Counted from the stretch's first letter, positions 18,906 to 28,221 are shown. The stretch: 62,754 nucleotides of DNA from an uncultured Muribaculaceae bacterium (GCA_964428195.1 CAYRXC010000001.1:1-62754), one strand, 5' to 3'. Numbers and translations: made by a program. The notes: generated by a model not told the origin, from the letters alone.

Positions 18906-20712
18906 CTTTAAAATACCTTTTCATATATACAAGTAATATCGAAATATCTGATAAATTAACCCCACTTATTCTACTTGCTTGTCCAATAGATTCTGGTCTA
19001 ATCAATTTAAGTTTTTGCTTTGCTTCTGTAGCAATATTAGTTATCTTGTCATAATCAATATCTTTTGGAATTTTTTTATATTCAAGTTTTAACATATTTT
19101 CGGCATTTTTTATTGTCTTTTTTATATATCCTTCGTATTTAATGGATATTTCTAATTGTTCTAACTCCTCTTTTGAATAGTGTTTATTAAATATATGTGA
19201 TATCTCATTTACTCTATTTTCAGGATGTTTTAAAAAATTATAAATTGTTTCTCCATTATTTACTTTTATTTCTTTTGATAAAGCTAATAATTCCTCAATA
19301 TTGTTTTTCTTTAATATAAACCTATCATATACATCATAGTTAACTAATCCAATATTTTTTCCATATTCAGTCAATCTTAAGTCAGCATTATCGTGTCTTA
19401 ATAATAATCTAAATTCTGCCCTTGAGGTAAGCAATCTATATGGTTCACTCGTTCCTTTTGTGATTAAGTCATCGATTAATACTCCAATATATGCTTCATT
19501 TCTCTTTAATATTAATGCATCTTTATTTTTTAACTTTAATGATGCATTAATTCCAGCCATTAACCCTTGACATGCTGCTTCTTCATATCCACTTGTTCCA
19601 TTTATTTGTCCGGCAGTGAATAAATTTTCGATGATTTTTGTTTCTAATGTTGCTTTTAATTGTGTAGGATTAATTGCATCATATTCTATTGCATAAGCAT
19701 ATTTTTTTATAACTGCATTTTCCAGTCCAGGAAGGCTGTGAACTAATTTATCTTGAATTTCCTTTGGCATACTAGTCGAGAATCCTTGTAAATATATATC
19801 ATCATAAAATAAACTTTCAGGTTCTAAAAATATTTGATGAGTATCTTTATCTTGAAATCGCATTATCTTATCTTCAAAAGAAGGACAATATCTTGGCCCA
19901 ACTCCTAATTTTTCTTCTATTGCTCCATACATACTTGATTTATTAATATTTTCTAATACTATTTTTTTTGTTTCTAAGGTTGTATGTACTAAATGACAAA
20001 GCATTTGATTATTTACATTGTAATAAACCTTGTTATCAAAACTAAATGTATATTCTTCCTCTGATCCTAATTCTAATTTGGTTTTGGAAAAGTCTATAGA
20101 AGATTTTTCTATTCTCTGAGGAGTACCCGTTTTTAATCTTGTAATTTCAAAACCATATTTTTTTAAATTATCACTTAGATATAATGATGGTTTTTGTTCC
20201 ATTGGTCCCATTCTTGTTCTAGAATTTCCAACCAATATATCACTCTTCATATATGTTCCTGTAGTTAATATCACTATATTTGAAAATAATTTTTTCCCAT
20301 TTTCTAAAACAATACCTTTTATTGTATTGTTTTCAATTAGCAAATCTTCAACCATATTTTCTAATAGATATAAATTTTTTTGAGATTTTAATGTTTTTAA
20401 CATTTCTTTTGGGTATGTAATTTTATCTGCTTGACATCTTAAACTTCTTACTGCAGGTCCTTTGCCAGTATTTAACATTTTCATTTGAATTAATGTTTTA
20501 TCTGCACATTTTCCCATTTCACCACCAAGTGCATCTATTTCTCTAACAACTATTCCTTTTGCACTTCCTCCGATTGAAGGATTACATGGCATTTGAGCAA
20601 CAATATTGAAATTTGATGTAATTAGCAAAGTTTTATGATTTAATCTTGCAGTAGCTAATGCAGCTTCACAACCTGCATGTCCGCCACCAACTACAATAAT
20701 TTCATAATCCAT
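18898..20712 (-). CDS. mnmG: tRNA uridine 5-carboxymethylaminomethyl modification enzyme MnmG (GidA)
   Basis: FAD motif VVGGGHAGCEAA. About 604 aa. Start placed at the ATG at 20712 after AAAGGTG; the track start at 20721 is GTG. Confidence 0.95.
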   Translation of the reverse strand: MDYEIIVVGGGHAGCEAALATARLNHKTLLITSNFNIVAQMPCNPSIGGSAKGIVVREIDALGGEMGKCADKTLIQMKMLNTGKGPAVRSLRCQADKITYPKEMLKTLKSQKNLYLLENMVEDLLIENNTIKGIVLENGKKLFSNIVILTTGTYMKSDILVGNSRTRMGPMEQKPSLYLSDNLKKYGFEITRLKTGTPQRIEKSSIDFSKTKLELGSEEEYTFSFDNKVYYNVNNQMLCHLVHTTLETKKIVLENINKSSMYGAIEEKLGVGPRYCPSFEDKIMRFQDKDTHQIFLEPESLFYDDIYLQGFSTSMPKEIQDKLVHSLPGLENAVIKKYAYAIEYDAINPTQLKATLETKIIENLFTAGQINGTSGYEEAACQGLMAGINASLKLKNKDALILKRNEAYIGVLIDDLITKGTSEPYRLLTSRAEFRLLLRHDNADLRLTEYGKNIGLVNYDVYDRFILKKNNIEELLALSKEIKVNNGETIYNFLKHPENRVNEISHIFNKHYSKEELEQLEISIKYEGYIKKTIKNAENMLKLEYKKIPKDIDYDKITNIATEAKQKLKLIRPESIGQASRISGVNLSDISILLVYMKRYFKDE

Positions 20713-20737
20713 ATTAATCACCTTTATTTCGATATTT

Positions 20738-21856
20738 TTAAAAAGTTTTTATTGGAACAATTAATTGAACTAAATTGTCCTCTTCTGTTGATTTAATAAT
20801 TATGGGTTTAATTTCTCCACTTAGTAATAGTTTTGTTTTTTCTCCTTTTATTGTTCTTAGAGCTTCCATCATATATTTTGAAGAATAAGAAATTTCTAAT
20901 TTAGAATTTTTATCAATATCTCCAAATATTCTTTCCTCTATTTTTCCAATTTCTTGAGAAATAGAACTTATAATAATTTCTTTATTATTTATATTCATCT
21001 TTATTACATTTTTATCTTTTTCAGATGTCAATAATGATGCTCTATCAATTGCATTAAAAAATTCATCAGTATTAACAGTTATAGTAAATGTAGGTTCAAT
21101 TTTTATTAGTTTTGTTGTATCAGGATAAGTTCCATTTAGTAATCTAGATTGAAATAATATATTATCGAATTTAAACAATATACTATTAGAGAATAAGTGA
21201 ATTTCTATTTTATCACTTTCATCATCTATTATTTTCGATAATTCTATTAAATTTCTTCCTGGAACAACAATATTAATTTCTTCTTCTATTTTTTCTTCTA
21301 TTCCTATTGATTTTTTCGATAATCTATATGAATCGGTTGCAACACATTCCATTACTTTGTCATTAATTTTAAAATTAATACCTGTTAGAATAGGTCTCGA
21401 TTCTTGAGAAGAAATGGCAAAAGATGTCTGAAAAATGATGTTTTTTAATAATTTTTTATCAATTTTGATTGGTTTTTCTACTAAATCTAAGTTTTTATCT
21501 GGGAAATCATCTGGGTTCATTCCATTTAAATTATACTCCCCGTTTTTCGAAATAATAGTAAAGTTTAATCCATCAGTAATAATTTCAATTATTTCATCAG
21601 GAATCTTTCTTATTATTTCTATTAAATATCTTCCAATTATTACTATATTTCCATTATCATTAATTTTATCAATATATTTTTTATCTATAAAAGATCTTAT
21701 TGTTATCTCATTATCACTGCATGTTAAATATAACCCTTCTTTATTCATTTCCAATTTAATTCCACTAAGTATTGGAATAATGTTTTTAGTTGATAAAGCT
21801 TTTGATACATTATTTAAGTTTTCTAATAATATTTCCTTTTTAATTATAAAATTCAT
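20738..21856 (-). CDS. dnaN: DNA polymerase III beta sliding clamp
   Basis: 372 aa. MNFIIKKEILLENLNNVSKAL and three-domain clamp architecture. Immediately downstream of dnaA. Confidence 0.95.
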   Translation of the reverse strand: MNFIIKKEILLENLNNVSKALSTKNIIPILSGIKLEMNKEGLYLTCSDNEITIRSFIDKKYIDKINDNGNIVIIGRYLIEIIRKIPDEIIEIITDGLNFTIISKNGEYNLNGMNPDDFPDKNLDLVEKPIKIDKKLLKNIIFQTSFAISSQESRPILTGINFKINDKVMECVATDSYRLSKKSIGIEEKIEEEINIVVPGRNLIELSKIIDDESDKIEIHLFSNSILFKFDNILFQSRLLNGTYPDTTKLIKIEPTFTITVNTDEFFNAIDRASLLTSEKDKNVIKMNINNKEIIISSISQEIGKIEERIFGDIDKNSKLEISYSSKYMMEALRTIKGEKTKLLLSGEIKPIIIKSTEEDNLVQLIVPIKTF

Positions 21857-21962
21857 TTTATATCCTTTCTTTTTTCTTATTATTTTTATTATTACGGTTG
21901 AAATTGTTAATAACTTAATATTTCTTTATTAATTAAGAAGTTTTTATTAACAATACATTAAC
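21857..21962. other. dnaA-dnaN intergenic region, likely the second oriC module (AT-rich unwinding side)
   Basis: 106 bp of almost pure A/T between dnaA and dnaN, the position of the DUE-containing module in Bacillus-type bipartite origins. Contains degenerate boxes TTATTAACA on both strands. Confidence 0.5.
21897..21913 (+). repeat. 17-nt motif GTTGAAATTGTTAATAA, copy 1
   Basis: Identical 17-mer also at 23517..23533. The reverse complement contains TTATTAACA (7/9 to a DnaA box). Confidence 0.8.
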
Positions 21963-23312
21963 TTATTTTAACTTACTTTTTAATAAATCAATAGTTTTTT
22001 TAAATTCTTTATTATTTTTTAATTCATTTTCAATTTTTGTACAAGCATGAATTATAGTAGTGTGATCTTTTCCTCCAAATTCAATTCCAATTCTTGGAAA
22101 GCTTTCATCAGTAAGGACTCTTGATAGATACATAGCTACTTGTCTAGGAAAGGTTATTTTACTATTTCTTTTTTTAGAATTCATGTCTTCAACAGATATT
22201 TGATAAAAATCTGATACAGTTTTTTGTATTTTTTGGATACTATTTTTCATAAATGCTGTTGAATTTAAATAATCACTTAATGCTTCTTTAGCTACTTCTA
22301 TTTCTATTTTTTCTTTATTAAACATTGCTGTATATGCAAATAATCTATTTAAAGCTCCTTCTAATTTTCTTACATCATTTGTGCAGTTATTTGCAATAAA
22401 TATAAGAACATCTTCAGAAATAGGTTTTGCAATCTCATGTGCACTTAATTTTTTCTTTAATATTTCAATTCTTAATTCATAATCTGGAGGTAATATACTT
22501 GTAGTTAATCCCCAATTAAATCTAGTTCTTAATCTCTCTTCTAATAATTTTAAATCATCTGGTGATCTATCTGAAGATATAATAATTTGTTTACCCTCTT
22601 GATGTAATTCATTAAATGTATGAAAAAACTCAGTTTGACTTTCTGTTGCACCAGCAAGAAATTGAATATCATCTATAATTAGAACATCAATATTTCTATA
22701 CTTATTTTTAAATGTTTCTACATTTTCTATATTGTTTTCTTCACTTTTTCTTTTATTAATTGAAACAAAATCAGATTTAAATTTATCACTAGTCACATAT
22801 AATACTTTTTTGTTCGTTGTTTCAACTACATAATTTCCAATTGCTTGCATTAAATGTGTTTTTCCTAGTCCACTACTTCCATATATAAATAAAGGATTAT
22901 AAGCTTTTCCAGGTCTTTCTGCAACAGCAAAAGCAGCTGTAAATGCAAGTCTATTAGTTTCTCCTTTTACAAAAGAATCAAATGTATAATTAGGATTTAA
23001 ATTTGCTTGAATAGGATTATTATAAGGTATACCTTCCTCATTTTTTATTATTTTACTGTCACTTGTTTCTTCTTCGAGCAAAAATTCAAAATCAAAATTA
23101 GTACCTGTTATAGAGTTCATTGTTTCTTTTATTAAATCATAATATGTCTCAGATAAGTTTTTTTTATGAAGATTCATTGGAACTATTATGAACATTTTTT
23201 TATTCTCAACTTTATGAAGTTTTGTTTCACTAAACCAGGCATCAAAAGCAATGGGAACCAATTTTTCTTTCATCATTTCTAGAAAACTTATCCACAAATT
23301 ATTTTCATCCAT
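21963..23312 (-). CDS. dnaA: chromosomal replication initiator protein DnaA
   Basis: AAA+ Walker A GSSGLGKTHL. C-terminal HTH with the DHTTIIHA signature. RBS AGAGGAGG. Confidence 0.97.
   Translation of the reverse strand: MDENNLWISFLEMMKEKLVPIAFDAWFSETKLHKVENKKMFIIVPMNLHKKNLSETYYDLIKETMNSITGTNFDFEFLLEEETSDSKIIKNEEGIPYNNPIQANLNPNYTFDSFVKGETNRLAFTAAFAVAERPGKAYNPLFIYGSSGLGKTHLMQAIGNYVVETTNKKVLYVTSDKFKSDFVSINKRKSEENNIENVETFKNKYRNIDVLIIDDIQFLAGATESQTEFFHTFNELHQEGKQIIISSDRSPDDLKLLEERLRTRFNWGLTTSILPPDYELRIEILKKKLSAHEIAKPISEDVLIFIANNCTNDVRKLEGALNRLFAYTAMFNKEKIEIEVAKEALSDYLNSTAFMKNSIQKIQKTVSDFYQISVEDMNSKKRNSKITFPRQVAMYLSRVLTDESFPRIGIEFGGKDHTTIIHACTKIENELKNNKEFKKTIDLLKSKLK
23288..23296 (+). promoter_or_regulatory. 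DnaA box (perfect TTATCCACA) inside the first codons of dnaA
   Basis: Exact 9-mer match. Confidence 0.7.
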
Positions 23313-23424
23313 AAATTGATACCTCCTCTAATATTTTGTGCTTTATTGATATTGTAAATCATTTTTCATAAAATATAAACAAGTAAATAATAAATAACAA
23401 GTTAATAACAATTAATTCACAGGT

Positions 23425-23433
23425 TTATTCACA
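23425..23433 (+). promoter_or_regulatory. DnaA box TTATTCACA (TTATNCACA class)
   Basis: 8/9 match to TTATCCACA. Confidence 0.65.
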
Positions 23434-23466
23434 AGGTAATATATTATATTTAAAGAAATAATTCAG

Positions 23467-23475
23467 TTATCCACA
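23467..23475 (+). promoter_or_regulatory. DnaA box (perfect TTATCCACA)
   Basis: Exact 9-mer match. Confidence 0.8.
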
Positions 23476-23516
23476 AAATCTATAATTTAATATTATAAAA
23501 TTAATTCGATATTATT

Positions 23517-23533
23517 GTTGAAATTGTTAATAA
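23517..23533 (+). repeat. 17-nt motif GTTGAAATTGTTAATAA, copy 2
   Basis: Identical to 21897..21913. Lies 9 nt upstream of the rpmH -35 hexamer. Confidence 0.8.
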
Positions 23534-23541
23534 GATTTTAA

Positions 23542-23570
23542 TTGACTTTTAATGGGGTAGCACTTATAAT
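23542..23570 (+). promoter_or_regulatory. sigma-A promoter of rpmH
   Basis: TTGACT, 17 nt spacer, TATAAT. Confidence 0.7.
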
Positions 23571-23599
23571 TATAGTGATTTATTTACAGGAGGAATAAT

Positions 23600-23728
23600 A
23601 TGAAAAGACCTTTTCAACCAAACAAAGCAAAAAGAAAAAAAACTCATGGTTTTTTTGCAAGAAAAGAAGCTAATACAGGAATCGTAACTGCAAGAAGAAA
23701 AAAACAAAGAAAGATATTGACAAAATAA
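23600..23728 (+). CDS. rpmH: 50S ribosomal protein L34
   Basis: Not in the ORF track (42 aa). MKRPFQPNKAKRKKTHGFFARKEANTGIVTARRKKQRKILTK, preceded by AGGAGGA. Confidence 0.93.
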   Translation: MKRPFQPNKAKRKKTHGFFARKEANTGIVTARRKKQRKILTK

Positions 23729-23769
23729 AACACCAATAGTGTTTTTTTGTTATGAAGCGGAATAATTAA

Positions 23770-24090
23770 ATGAAAAAAATAAATATAATAAAATTTAATA
23801 GAGACTTCGATAACATAATAAAAAATGGAAAATATATTAAATCTGAATTATTTAATATATATTATATTGATAGTAATAGCAAATATAATAAGTATGGAAT
23901 TTCTGTTCCAAAGAAGATTGGGAATGCAGTTATAAGAAACAAAATAAAAAGACAAATTAAAAACATTATTGATAATAGAATTGAAATTAAAAACAAAAAA
24001 GATGTAATAATAATAATTAAAAACAGAATTTTAGATTACAAATATGGAGAAATAGAAAATAAATTAGTAGAAACAATTAAGAAAATATAG
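23770..24090 (+). CDS. rnpA: ribonuclease P protein component
   Basis: 106-aa basic protein directly after rpmH, with a KKIGNAVIRNKIKRQIK (RNR-like) motif. Confidence 0.88.
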   Translation: MKKINIIKFNRDFDNIIKNGKYIKSELFNIYYIDSNSKYNKYGISVPKKIGNAVIRNKIKRQIKNIIDNRIEIKNKKDVIIIIKNRILDYKYGEIENKLVETIKKI

Positions 24091-24098
24091 AGGTAAGT

Positions 24099-25118
24099 AT
24101 GTATAAAAAACTTGTTATGATCGTATTATTTTTGTTAATATTTTCAGGATGTTCAAAAACTTTAGTTGATAAAGATAAGAAACCAGTTAAGTACGAGGCT
24201 TCTTTAATATGTGAAAATTGCGAAAAAATATGTAATAAAAATGAACAAAAAGAGAAGTGTATAGAAGATTGTGAGAATAAATGCCAATTAGCTAAGAAAA
24301 ATGAGACTGGGCAATCGTTAACAGAAAACATATTATGTAAGCCTACTAATCCAGATGTACTCGAAATATATAAAAATAACGAAGTTAATTTGGATAATCT
24401 AGTTGAATGCAAAGATTTTGAATTAAAAAACAGTAAATATGAAGGCTTATGGGATAGCTTATTTGTAAAACCGTTGGCATGGTTGATTTTGAAACTCGGT
24501 AATATAATAAATAACTATGGTCTTTCTTTGATATTTATAAGTTTAATAATTAGAATAATTTTGTTACCTGTAACAAAGAATACAGCATTACAATCCGAAA
24601 ATATGAAAAAAGCTCAACCGGAGATTAAAAAAATAGAAAAAAAATATGAGGGAAAAACTGATCAAGATTCATTAATGAAAAAAAGTCAAGAAACAATGCT
24701 ACTATATAAAAAATATAACATTAATCCTATGTCGAGTTGCTTATTTGCACTGATTCAAATTCCTTTATTATTTGCATTCATAGAAGCAATAAATAGAACT
24801 CCAGCAATTTTTGAAGGAAGTTTATTAGGATTCAAATTAGGAATGACTCCGCTGATTGCTCTTCAAAAAGGAGAAATATGGTATATAATTATTGTTATAT
24901 TGTTAGCAGTTATTACATATTTATCTTTTAAGTTAAATAAGGGAGCACCTACAGGATTAGACAATCAAAAACAAATGAATATAATGAATACAGTCTTTGT
25001 TGTAATGATTATATTTATGTCGTTCTCAATGGCTACAGCAATAAGTTTATATTGGATATCATCAAATGTATTTACCATTATTCAAAATTTAGCTGTTAAA
25101 AGGAGAGAAGAAAAATGA
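24099..25118 (+). CDS. yidC: membrane protein insertase YidC/SpoIIIJ family, lipoprotein, with Cys-rich N-terminal extension
   Basis: Lipobox LLIFSGC. Conserved YidC core (ISLIIRIILLPV..., PLLFAF..., LYWISSNVFTIIQ). About 339 aa. Confidence 0.92.
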   Translation: MYKKLVMIVLFLLIFSGCSKTLVDKDKKPVKYEASLICENCEKICNKNEQKEKCIEDCENKCQLAKKNETGQSLTENILCKPTNPDVLEIYKNNEVNLDNLVECKDFELKNSKYEGLWDSLFVKPLAWLILKLGNIINNYGLSLIFISLIIRIILLPVTKNTALQSENMKKAQPEIKKIEKKYEGKTDQDSLMKKSQETMLLYKKYNINPMSSCLFALIQIPLLFAFIEAINRTPAIFEGSLLGFKLGMTPLIALQKGEIWYIIIVILLAVITYLSFKLNKGAPTGLDNQKQMNIMNTVFVVMIIFMSFSMATAISLYWISSNVFTIIQNLAVKRREEK

Positions 25119-25729
25119 TAAAAGTTTATGATTTTATTGAAAAAAGTAGTGAAGTAGCAAAAGAAAAAATGTTATACGAACTTGGTGTATCTGAAAAAGA
25201 AATTTATTATAAAGAGACAGAAGAGACCAGCGGAGGGTTATTCAAATCAAAAAAAATTAAAATCGAAGCATTAAAAAAAGAAGAAATCATAGAATATGCA
25301 AAAGAAACTTTAAACAAAATTTTTGAAAAAATGGGAATTGAAGTTAAAATAGAAGCTAAAAAAAGAGATGAAGTTATAAAAATTAATTTATTTTCAAACA
25401 ATAACTCGATATTAATTGGAAAAAATGGAAAAACAATCGATTCCTTGCAAACAATTTTAAAAAGTTCTATTTATAATAAAACAAATTTTAAAATAAATAT
25501 TCTAATAGACGTAGAGGATTATAGAGAAAAACAACAAAGAAATATTGAGAGAACAATTAAAAATATGGCATTTGAAGTTAAGAAAACCGGAATTCCAATT
25601 TCTTTAGATCCTATGAATTCTTATGAAAGAAGAAATGTTCACAGTATATGTAGTAGTGTAGCGGGTGTTACAACTGAATCTGTTGGCGAAGAGCCTGATA
25701 GATATATTATAATAAAAAGAAAAGAATAG
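25115..25729 (+). CDS. jag: Jag/KhpB RNA-binding protein (Jag_N, KH, R3H)
   Basis: KH-like GKNGKTIDSLQ and R3H (SYERRNVHS). Downstream of yidC. Confidence 0.9.
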   Translation: MIKVYDFIEKSSEVAKEKMLYELGVSEKEIYYKETEETSGGLFKSKKIKIEALKKEEIIEYAKETLNKIFEKMGIEVKIEAKKRDEVIKINLFSNNNSILIGKNGKTIDSLQTILKSSIYNKTNFKINILIDVEDYREKQQRNIERTIKNMAFEVKKTGIPISLDPMNSYERRNVHSICSSVAGVTTESVGEEPDRYIIIKRKE

Positions 25730-25751
25730 AGTGTATATACTCTATTTTTTT
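25727..25751 (+). terminator. Rho-independent terminator after jag
   Basis: Stem TAGAGT/ACTCTA with a 6-nt loop, followed by TTTTTTT. Confidence 0.6.
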
Positions 25752-25775
25752 GTTATAATCTTATTGGGTGATATT

Positions 25776-27122
25776 ATGTATGATACAATTGTGGGAATTT
25801 CAACAGCTTTAGGTATCGGTGCTATTTCAATTATTAGAGTAAGTGGTAATGAAGCATTAAAAATAGTTAATACTATTTTTTCTAAAAATATAGATAAAGT
25901 AGAAACACATACAATTAATTATGGGTACATTCAGGAAGAAAAAGAAATAATTGATGAGGTATTAATTGGAGTTATGAAAGCTCCAAAAACATTTACAAGA
26001 GAAGATGTTGTAGAAATTTACTGTCATGGCGGAATATCAACAACGAATAAAATAGTACAATTACTAATTCAAAAAGGTGCAAGGCTCGCTGAACCCGGAG
26101 AATTTACTAAAAGAGCATATTTAAATGGAAGAATCGATTTAGTAGAAGCAGAAGCGGTGATGGATTTAATTAACTCTAAAACCGAAAGTTCAAGAAAATT
26201 AGCGTTGAATGGTATTAGTGGCAAAATATCTAATATGATTGAAGAATTAAGAATAGAAATATCAAAGATATTGGCAAATATTGAAGCAAACATCGATTAT
26301 CCCGAATACGAGGATATACTTATTATTACAAAAGATATGATAAGAAAAGAAATATCAATAATTGAAGATAAAATCAAAAAGATATTAGAAGAATCAAAAA
26401 ACTCAAATATAATTAAAAATGGAATAAATACTTTAATTTTAGGGAAACCAAACGTGGGCAAAAGCAGCATATTAAATTCTTTATTAGGTGAAGAAAAAGC
26501 AATTGTTACAAATATTCCTGGGACAACAAGGGATATTGTCGAAGGAGCAATTTCTATTGAATCTGTATTGTTTAATATTACTGATACTGCCGGAATTAGA
26601 GAAACTGATAATATCATAGAGATGATAGGTGTAGAAAAATCTTTAAAACTGATTGAAGACTCTGAATTAATAATTTTGGTTTTAAATAATAACGAGGAAT
26701 TAGGACAAGAAGATCTAAAACTTCTTGATTTAACAAAAAACAAAAAAAGAATATTAGTAATTAATAAAATTGATTTAGAAAGTAAAATTAATAAAGATAA
26801 TTTTAATGAGGATGTTGTAGAAATAAGTGCTTTAAACAATAACTTGGAGAAGTTAAAAGAAAAAATGAAGGAAATTTTCGATTTGGAAAAAATTTCCAGC
26901 AAAGATCCAAATTATTTATTTAATAATAGACAAATAAGTATTTTAAATAAGACAATGGATACAGTTACCGATTTAAAAAAAGGTTTAGAAGAAGAATTAC
27001 CAATAGACATAATTGAGATTGATTTGAAACAAATTTGGGATTTACTTGGAGAAATTATTGGCAGAAATAACTCGAATGATTTGGTCGACGAGATATTTAA
27101 GAATTTTTGTTTAGGAAAATAA
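25776..27122 (+). CDS. mnmE: tRNA modification GTPase MnmE
   Basis: Start trimmed to MYDTIVGISTA. G1 motif GKPNVGKSS. C-terminal FCLGK. Confidence 0.95.
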   Translation: MYDTIVGISTALGIGAISIIRVSGNEALKIVNTIFSKNIDKVETHTINYGYIQEEKEIIDEVLIGVMKAPKTFTREDVVEIYCHGGISTTNKIVQLLIQKGARLAEPGEFTKRAYLNGRIDLVEAEAVMDLINSKTESSRKLALNGISGKISNMIEELRIEISKILANIEANIDYPEYEDILIITKDMIRKEISIIEDKIKKILEESKNSNIIKNGINTLILGKPNVGKSSILNSLLGEEKAIVTNIPGTTRDIVEGAISIESVLFNITDTAGIRETDNIIEMIGVEKSLKLIEDSELIILVLNNNEELGQEDLKLLDLTKNKKRILVINKIDLESKINKDNFNEDVVEISALNNNLEKLKEKMKEIFDLEKISSKDPNYLFNNRQISILNKTMDTVTDLKKGLEEELPIDIIEIDLKQIWDLLGEIIGRNNSNDLVDEIFKNFCLGK

Positions 27123-27123
27123 C

Positions 27124-28221
27124 ATGAAAATTAAAGAATTAGAAATATTTAATTTTAGAAATTATGACAAGTTAATGTTGTCTTTTTCTGATCAAATTAA
27201 TATTTTATATGGAAAAAACGCTATAGGAAAAACAAATATTTTGGAAAGTATATATCTTGTTGCTATTACTAAATCACATCGAAATAATGATGACAAAACG
27301 CTGATAAAGAACGACAAAACTATTTCTAAAGTAAAGGGACTAGTGATTTCAAATAACAAAGAAAATAAAATGGAGATAGTATTAAGCAATAGAGGCAAAA
27401 GTGTAAAAATAAACAATAATGTTATTAAAAAAATTAGTGATTACATTTCTGTATTCAAGGTAATAATTTTTTTTCCTGATGATTTAGAATTAATAAAAGG
27501 GAGTCCCTTGGTTAGAAGAAGATTCATGAATATAGAAATTGGACAGATAGAAAATAAATATATTAGAGTTTTAAATGAATATAACTTATTACTAAAAAAC
27601 AGGAACGAATATATTAGAAATAAAGAGTTAAATAATATCGATGAAAAATATTTAGCAACTGTAAACGAGCAATTATCGAAACTTGGATCAACCATTATTA
27701 TTTATAGAAAAGACTTTATTGAAAAATTATCCGAAAAAACAAATAAAATATATAAAAAAATATTTGGAGTTGGAGAAATTAAAATAGAATATAAGACAAA
27801 TATTGATTTAAAATCTCCAAATTTAGAAAACGAATATTTAGAAAGAATTAATAGCAACTTAAAAAGAGACTTATATTTAAAAACCACGTGCATAGGCCCG
27901 CATAGGGATGATATTTTATTTATGTTAAATAATAATGACTCTAGAGATCAAGCTTCTCAGGGTCAACAAAGAACAATAATAATTAGCGCTAAATTAGCAG
28001 AGGCAGAACTCATTAAAGAAAGAACTAATGAATATCCCGTGTTGTTGTTGGATGATATTTTCAGTGAGCTTGATTTAGAAAAGAATAATAATCTAATTAA
28101 ATCCATCGATAGAAACATACAGACATTCATTACTACAACTGATTTGGTTCGAATTAACCAAAAGATTTTAAAAAATGCAAAACTTTTTGATATTGAAAAT
28201 CTTGAAAAAAACAAAAAATGA
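27124..28221 (+). CDS. recF: DNA replication/repair protein RecF
   Basis: Walker A GKNAIGKTN and signature SQGQQRT. Starts 1 nt after the mnmE stop. Confidence 0.93.
   Translation: MKIKELEIFNFRNYDKLMLSFSDQINILYGKNAIGKTNILESIYLVAITKSHRNNDDKTLIKNDKTISKVKGLVISNNKENKMEIVLSNRGKSVKINNNVIKKISDYISVFKVIIFFPDDLELIKGSPLVRRRFMNIEIGQIENKYIRVLNEYNLLLKNRNEYIRNKELNNIDEKYLATVNEQLSKLGSTIIIYRKDFIEKLSEKTNKIYKKIFGVGEIKIEYKTNIDLKSPNLENEYLERINSNLKRDLYLKTTCIGPHRDDILFMLNNNDSRDQASQGQQRTIIISAKLAEAELIKERTNEYPVLLLDDIFSELDLEKNNNLIKSIDRNIQTFITTTDLVRINQKILKNAKLFDIENLEKNKK

Larger units (their letters stand above)
23313..23599. other. oriC module between divergent dnaA and rpmH
   Basis: Coding strand switches here. Contains DnaA boxes at 23425..23433 and 23467..23475, weaker ones such as TAATTCACA at 23413..23421, and AT-rich tracts. 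Confidence 0.8.

Noticed and set aside
26297-26902. Long antisense ORFs lie opposite real genes. This one is 201 aa opposite mnmE. Others are at 8103..8660, 21435..21932, 31345..31842, 42892..43350, 54596..55000 and 57435..57872.
   Set aside because: All lie entirely within well-supported conserved genes on the other strand. Their translations are low-complexity I/F/L/S-rich strings, as expected from the mirror frame of AT-rich, Lys/Glu/Ile-rich coding sequence. None has an RBS.
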